Origin: Thermoplasmata archaeon
Lineage (GTDB): Archaea; Thermoplasmatota; Thermoplasmata; RBG-16-68-12
Direction of reading: 5' to 3'
Assembly: GCA_036395115.1 (NCBI GenBank)
Contig: DASWDU010000001.1
Coordinates: 558 to 64,557 of the forward strand
DNA: 64,000 nucleotides
Shown: in pieces, positions 60,185-64,000 of the stretch
How the letters are laid out: each line of letters starts with the position of its first letter
Position numbering within the stretch: the first letter of the stretch is position 1
Program-made: the position numbers and the translations under genes
Notes under the pieces: model-generated
Seen by the model: the letters and a program-made list of their open reading frames with translations, nothing else
Database searches by the model: none
Told to the model about the DNA's origin: nothing

Positions 60185-60922
60185 TCACGTTCCGGTCCGA
60201 CCCGCAGTGTCCTCCGCTCGGGCGGTTTCGACCGCGTCCTCGAGCAACCTAGCAATCGGGTCGATTTGCTGAAGAATCCTCTGCGCGTCAAAGCGGGCCC
60301 TAGACCGGGCGAAGAACACGGTGGCAAACCACGTGGCGCGTGTAGGTTCCACGGAGGCCGCCGGGCGAGGTGCGAATACGAACAGCCACGAGACTTTACT
60401 CATCATCTGGACCCGGACTTCCTCCAGACGATGGCGCAAGGAATCCGGTCCATGTTTCGCATCGACACGCACCAAGCGGCGCATTCGCATCAGCCCTCTG
60501 CGGAGAATCCTCAGGTCTTCCATGGAGGGAAGGGCTTTGCCGCCTGCCGGGGATCCGACGAGATAGAATTGCGGCCCTGGCGGAGTCCACATGATGACCA
60601 GGCCGTTGTCAAAGACGAATGTGGGTCCGGACCCCCGTGGCACGCCGGCCGCCTTGAGTCTCGGCGCGAGAGCTCGTGCGAGGTCGAATACCCGCCGGAA
60701 CTGCCTTCGAAGATAGAGCAGTAAGAGCCCGAGCAGAACGGGTTCGACCACCGCGTACCCGATAAACCCCGGTGGAAATTCCTCTGGGAACATGAGGACA
60801 AAGTAGCCAAGCGCTCCGACGGCGAATGCAGAAGTGCCGAGAAAGGCTACCGTGAATAGAGTGGTCTTTCGCCGGTACGCCCGCTCGAACCCCGCCACGG
60901 GATCGGCAGATCCCAGCATCAC
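60185..60922 (-). CDS. Hypothetical membrane protein
   Basis: 245-aa ORF in a lower-GC patch. It has two N-terminal TM helices followed by a soluble domain. No homology was recognised. Confidence 0.5.
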   Translation of the reverse strand: MMLGSADPVAGFERAYRRKTTLFTVAFLGTSAFAVGALGYFVLMFPEEFPPGFIGYAVVEPVLLGLLLLYLRRQFRRVFDLARALAPRLKAAGVPRGSGPTFVFDNGLVIMWTPPGPQFYLVGSPAGGKALPSMEDLRILRRGLMRMRRLVRVDAKHGPDSLRHRLEEVRVQMMSKVSWLFVFAPRPAASVEPTRATWFATVFFARSRARFDAQRILQQIDPIARLLEDAVETARAEDTAGRTGT

Positions 60923-61001
60923 AACATCATGGACACGGCTGCGTTAATGCTTGCCCTGACCAGGGAAAGTCGGGCCTCTACATCGTCGCGGGGCCGCTGT
61001 G

Positions 61002-61886
61002 CTACAGGAACTCGGCCAACAATTCTTCGGGGTCCGCGACCCCGAGCGGCTGCCGCACGGGCGGGCCCTTCTTGAACGCCGGCTCGAGATCCTCGTAGGT
61101 CGGCACGTCCTCCGTGCGGTAGAACAGGCCGAGAGGGATCCGCTCCCGCTGCACAAAGGGCCATTCGATCGCCTTCGCGAAGGCCGCCTTCATGTCGCTC
61201 GGATCGTGGCCTTCCTTCTGCAGGTCGTACACCCGCTCGCGGAAGAAGTCGTACGTGTTCACCTTGTTGTACGTCACGCAGGGCGACATGCAGTCGATCA
61301 GCGAGAACCCGTGGTGCGTGATGCCGTTCTTGACGAGCTCCGCCATGCCCTTCACGTCGCCGCTGAACGCCCGCGCGACGTACGTCGCGCCGGAGGCGAG
61401 CGCGAGGGAGATCGGATCGACGGGGTTCTCGATGACGCCCACGATGGGCGTGGATTTGGTCTTCATCCCTTTCTCCGACGTCGGGCTCGCCTGCCCCGTC
61501 GTGAGCCCGTAGGTCTGATTGTTCATCACGAGATAGGTGATGTCGAAGTTCCGGCGCATCGCGTGGATGAAGTGCCCCACGCCGATCCCGTATCCGTCTC
61601 CGTCGCCGCCGGTCACGATGACGTTCAGTTCCGGATTCGCCAGCTTGACGCCCTCCGCAACGGGGAGCGCGCGTCCGTGGATCGCGTGGAATCCGTATGT
61701 CGAGAGAAAGTGCGGCAGATTGCTCGAGCATCCGATCCCCGAGACGATCACGACGTTCCACGGCTCGAGCTGGAGGGCGTGGATCGAGGTCTGCAGCGCC
61801 CGCAGGACCGCGAAGTCGCCGCAGCCCGGGCACCACGTCGGCTTGATCTCGGACTTGTACGTGTCCATCTCGAACTCGAGTTTCAT
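61002..61886 (-). CDS. korB: 2-oxoacid:ferredoxin oxidoreductase, beta (TPP-binding) subunit
   Basis: This is the tail of ORF 61002..63527. ATG 61886 overlaps the korA stop (ATGA). Motifs are WCPGCGDFAVL, GIGCSS and GGDGDGYGIG. Confidence 0.95.
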   Translation of the reverse strand: MKLEFEMDTYKSEIKPTWCPGCGDFAVLRALQTSIHALQLEPWNVVIVSGIGCSSNLPHFLSTYGFHAIHGRALPVAEGVKLANPELNVIVTGGDGDGYGIGVGHFIHAMRRNFDITYLVMNNQTYGLTTGQASPTSEKGMKTKSTPIVGVIENPVDPISLALASGATYVARAFSGDVKGMAELVKNGITHHGFSLIDCMSPCVTYNKVNTYDFFRERVYDLQKEGHDPSDMKAAFAKAIEWPFVQRERIPLGLFYRTEDVPTYEDLEPAFKKGPPVRQPLGVADPEELLAEFL

Positions 61887-63634
61887 GCGACCGCCTCCAG
61901 GATGTGATCCGCGATGTCCCGCCATGTGAAGGGCTCGCCGTCCGACTTGCCATAGAAGGCGTTCGCCTTGTGGCCCGTCTCGGCCCGCAGAAGCCGCGTG
62001 AACTGGCCCGTGTAGTTGCCCTCCACGGACAGGGTCTGTTTCGCGCCTCGGAGGAGGCGCTCCGTCTCCTCGACGTGGAACGGGAAGACCGTCGGGAACT
62101 CGAGGCTGTTCACCTTGACCCCGTCCGATTCGTCGACGTGCAGGATCGCTTCGTGGGCCGCCCCCCAAGTCGATCCCCAGATCAAGAGCGTCAGGTCCGC
62201 GTTCTTCGGTCCCCAGAGCTCCGGGGGTGGCGTGTCCTTCCGCAGGCCGACGAGCTTCCGCATGCGCTTCGCGTGCATCTTGCGGCGTTCCTCGACGTGC
62301 TCCGGAAGGCCCGCGAGGACGTCCGAGATCAGCTCGCTGCTCTCCATGTGCTCGTCCGTCGCCGCGACGTGCTGGAAGCCCTTCGTGCCCGGGATCGCGC
62401 GCGGGCTCACGCCGCTCTCCGTGATCAGGTAGCGCCGGAATTCCTTCGAGGTCCCGCCATCCGCCGCCATCATCCCGCGGACGATCGGGACGTTGAAGTC
62501 GAGCTTCTCGACCGTGCGGTAGCCTTCGCCCAGGAAGAGGTCCGAGATGACGATGATCGGCGTCTGGTAGATCTCCGCGAGGTTGAACGCCTGCGCGGTG
62601 AGGGAGAAGCATTCCTCGGGGTTGCGCGGCGCCAGGATCGCCCGGGGCCAGTCGCCCTGGCCGGCGCCGAGTGCGAGGTTGAGGTCCCCCTGCTCCGTCT
62701 TCGTCGGGAGGCCCGTCGACGGACCGCTCCGCTGCACGAGGACCGCGACGAGCGGCGTCTCCGTCATGCCGGCCTGGCCGATCGCCTCGACCATCAGGCT
62801 GAAGCCGCCTCCGGATGTGGCGGTCATCGCGCGCACGCCGGCGAAGCCCGCGCCGACGGTCATGTTCATCGCCGCGAGCTCGTCCTCGACCTGCTTCACG
62901 ACGACGCCGTGCGCGGGACCGTGCAAGGCCATCCAATGCAAGATCGACGACGCCGGCGTCATCGGATACTGCGCGAGGAACTTCACGCCGGCCGCGAGGG
63001 CGCCGAGGCAGACCGCCTCGTTCCCGGTCATGAGGTACTTCGCCTCGTTGGTATAGGCGAGCCCGTAGTTCAGGGTCCCGCCCGCCTCGTCCACCGCCGC
63101 GGCACCGAGCTTCGCGGCCTGGATGTTCTGCTGCACGACCTCCGGCTTCTTGTCGCCCCAGATGTCTTTGAAGGCGCTCTCCACGTGCCGGAAGTCCAGG
63201 TCGAAAAGCTTGACGACGGCGCCGAGGCCGACCGTATTCCGCATCAGGGCGTTCGGCGAGAGCGTCTGCGCCTTCTTGCGAAGCGGGATCCCGATCAGCC
63301 GCACGTTCTTGCGGAGCTTCTTCGGGTCCGGCTTCGTGCCGTCCACGTCGTACACGATTGCGCCGCCCTCGTTGACGTCGCCTTGGTGCACGTCCATCGT
63401 CTGCTGGTTCAGGCACATCACGACGTCCGGGTCGACGCCTTGCGAGAGGACGGGATCGAGCCCGCCGCGGACCTGGGTCCAGACATGGCCGCCCCGGATC
63501 ACGCTCTGATACGACGAATACGTCCACGTGTTCAGGCCGCTCCGCGCGCAGATCTTCGCGAAGCTCTCCGCGGTCGACGAGACGCCGTCCCCTGCGGCGC
63601 CCCCGATGCGGGCTACGAGGTCTCGCTTCGACAT
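61883..63634 (-). CDS. korA: 2-oxoacid:ferredoxin oxidoreductase, fused gamma-alpha subunit
   Basis: 583 aa. The N-terminal gamma-like domain reads IGGAAGDGVSSTAESFAK. The alpha domain reads LMTGNEAVCLGALAAG..FLAQYPMTPAS. Confidence 0.95.
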   Translation of the reverse strand: MSKRDLVARIGGAAGDGVSSTAESFAKICARSGLNTWTYSSYQSVIRGGHVWTQVRGGLDPVLSQGVDPDVVMCLNQQTMDVHQGDVNEGGAIVYDVDGTKPDPKKLRKNVRLIGIPLRKKAQTLSPNALMRNTVGLGAVVKLFDLDFRHVESAFKDIWGDKKPEVVQQNIQAAKLGAAAVDEAGGTLNYGLAYTNEAKYLMTGNEAVCLGALAAGVKFLAQYPMTPASSILHWMALHGPAHGVVVKQVEDELAAMNMTVGAGFAGVRAMTATSGGGFSLMVEAIGQAGMTETPLVAVLVQRSGPSTGLPTKTEQGDLNLALGAGQGDWPRAILAPRNPEECFSLTAQAFNLAEIYQTPIIVISDLFLGEGYRTVEKLDFNVPIVRGMMAADGGTSKEFRRYLITESGVSPRAIPGTKGFQHVAATDEHMESSELISDVLAGLPEHVEERRKMHAKRMRKLVGLRKDTPPPELWGPKNADLTLLIWGSTWGAAHEAILHVDESDGVKVNSLEFPTVFPFHVEETERLLRGAKQTLSVEGNYTGQFTRLLRAETGHKANAFYGKSDGEPFTWRDIADHILEAVA

Positions 63635-64000
63635 GATCGCACCCGACGTCGGCGGACTCCCTCTCCGGCTTCCCTCTTCAACACCGTCCCAATTTAATAT
63701 ACTCTTGCATCGGATGGGACGAGAGGCAAGCAGTCGAAGACCACTACGAGGTGCGTGGTCGTAGCTCCGGTTGGCTCAAAATCAGGTCAGCGTATCCGAG
63801 GCCCTGAAGGTCGGTTTCTCTGTACCCTCCATTCTTCAGACGTCGGAAGGACCGAAAGATTGCGAACGTACCCGTCCTGCGGAAACCTGGCTTCCGAGGG
63901 TCCCCTACCGGCGGGCCAAACGGGGTGATCACGAGATGACGAATCCGCTTCGGCAAGAATCCGAACACCAAAATCCAAACCGGGCGTTCGAGTACGATGA

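Noticed and set aside
63640-64000. Short ORFs at the right edge (63744..63971, 63787..63978)
   Set aside because: No motifs were recognised, composition is mixed, and the ORFs overlap each other. This is probably the korA promoter region plus the start of an unrelated gene outside the window.
1-64000. CRISPR arrays, rRNA genes, restriction-modification or other known defence cassettes, integrases
   Set aside because: I scanned by eye for regularly spaced direct repeats, rRNA-like conserved blocks, and Cas, methyltransferase or tyrosine-recombinase motifs. None was found. The only regular repeats are the 21-bp units reported at the island borders.

Overview
This is a GC-rich, gene-dense archaeal chromosomal segment. 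Markers are class I LysRS, PurP, ArcS, the KEOPS subunit Cgi121, Hel308, archaeal DtdA and BHB-type tRNA introns. Proteins are Arg-rich rather than acidic, so a non-halophilic euryarchaeal or Thermoplasmatota-like lineage is my guess only. I support about 65 coding regions and 4 tRNA genes: Glu-CUC, Gly-UCC, Leu-UAG and a two-intron Gln-CUG. I also see one full-length LAGLIDADG intein, one IS remnant and several short repeats and palindromes. Most of the window is housekeeping: MTA/purine salvage (mtnP-mtaD-hpt), pyrK-pyrD, purP, korAB, lysK, arcS, and a PolX / UDG-Nudix repair cluster. Many of the long ORFs in the six-frame track are shadow frames produced by the high G+C content and were discarded. 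The items most worth a second look are listed below.
- An operon encoding a single-pass surface receptor with a cytoplasmic Roadblock/LC7-like tail, next to a Ras/Rab-like small GTPase (5950-9258).
- A tRNA-Gln with a canonical intron and a D-loop intron, both with readable bulge-helix-bulge motifs (40769-40893).
- A compositionally distinct 3.4-kb island between tRNA-Gln and lysK. It is bounded by a 14-bp inverted repeat and by arrays of 21-bp repeats carrying CCGTGGAAC, and it contains a DDE transposase remnant (40941-44327).
- A Hel308 intein, a UDG-Nudix fusion, and a KaiC/GvpD-like ATPase with two tandem wHTH paralogs.
No CRISPR array, rRNA or recognisable defence system was seen. All functional calls come from motif recognition by eye. 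No database search was run.
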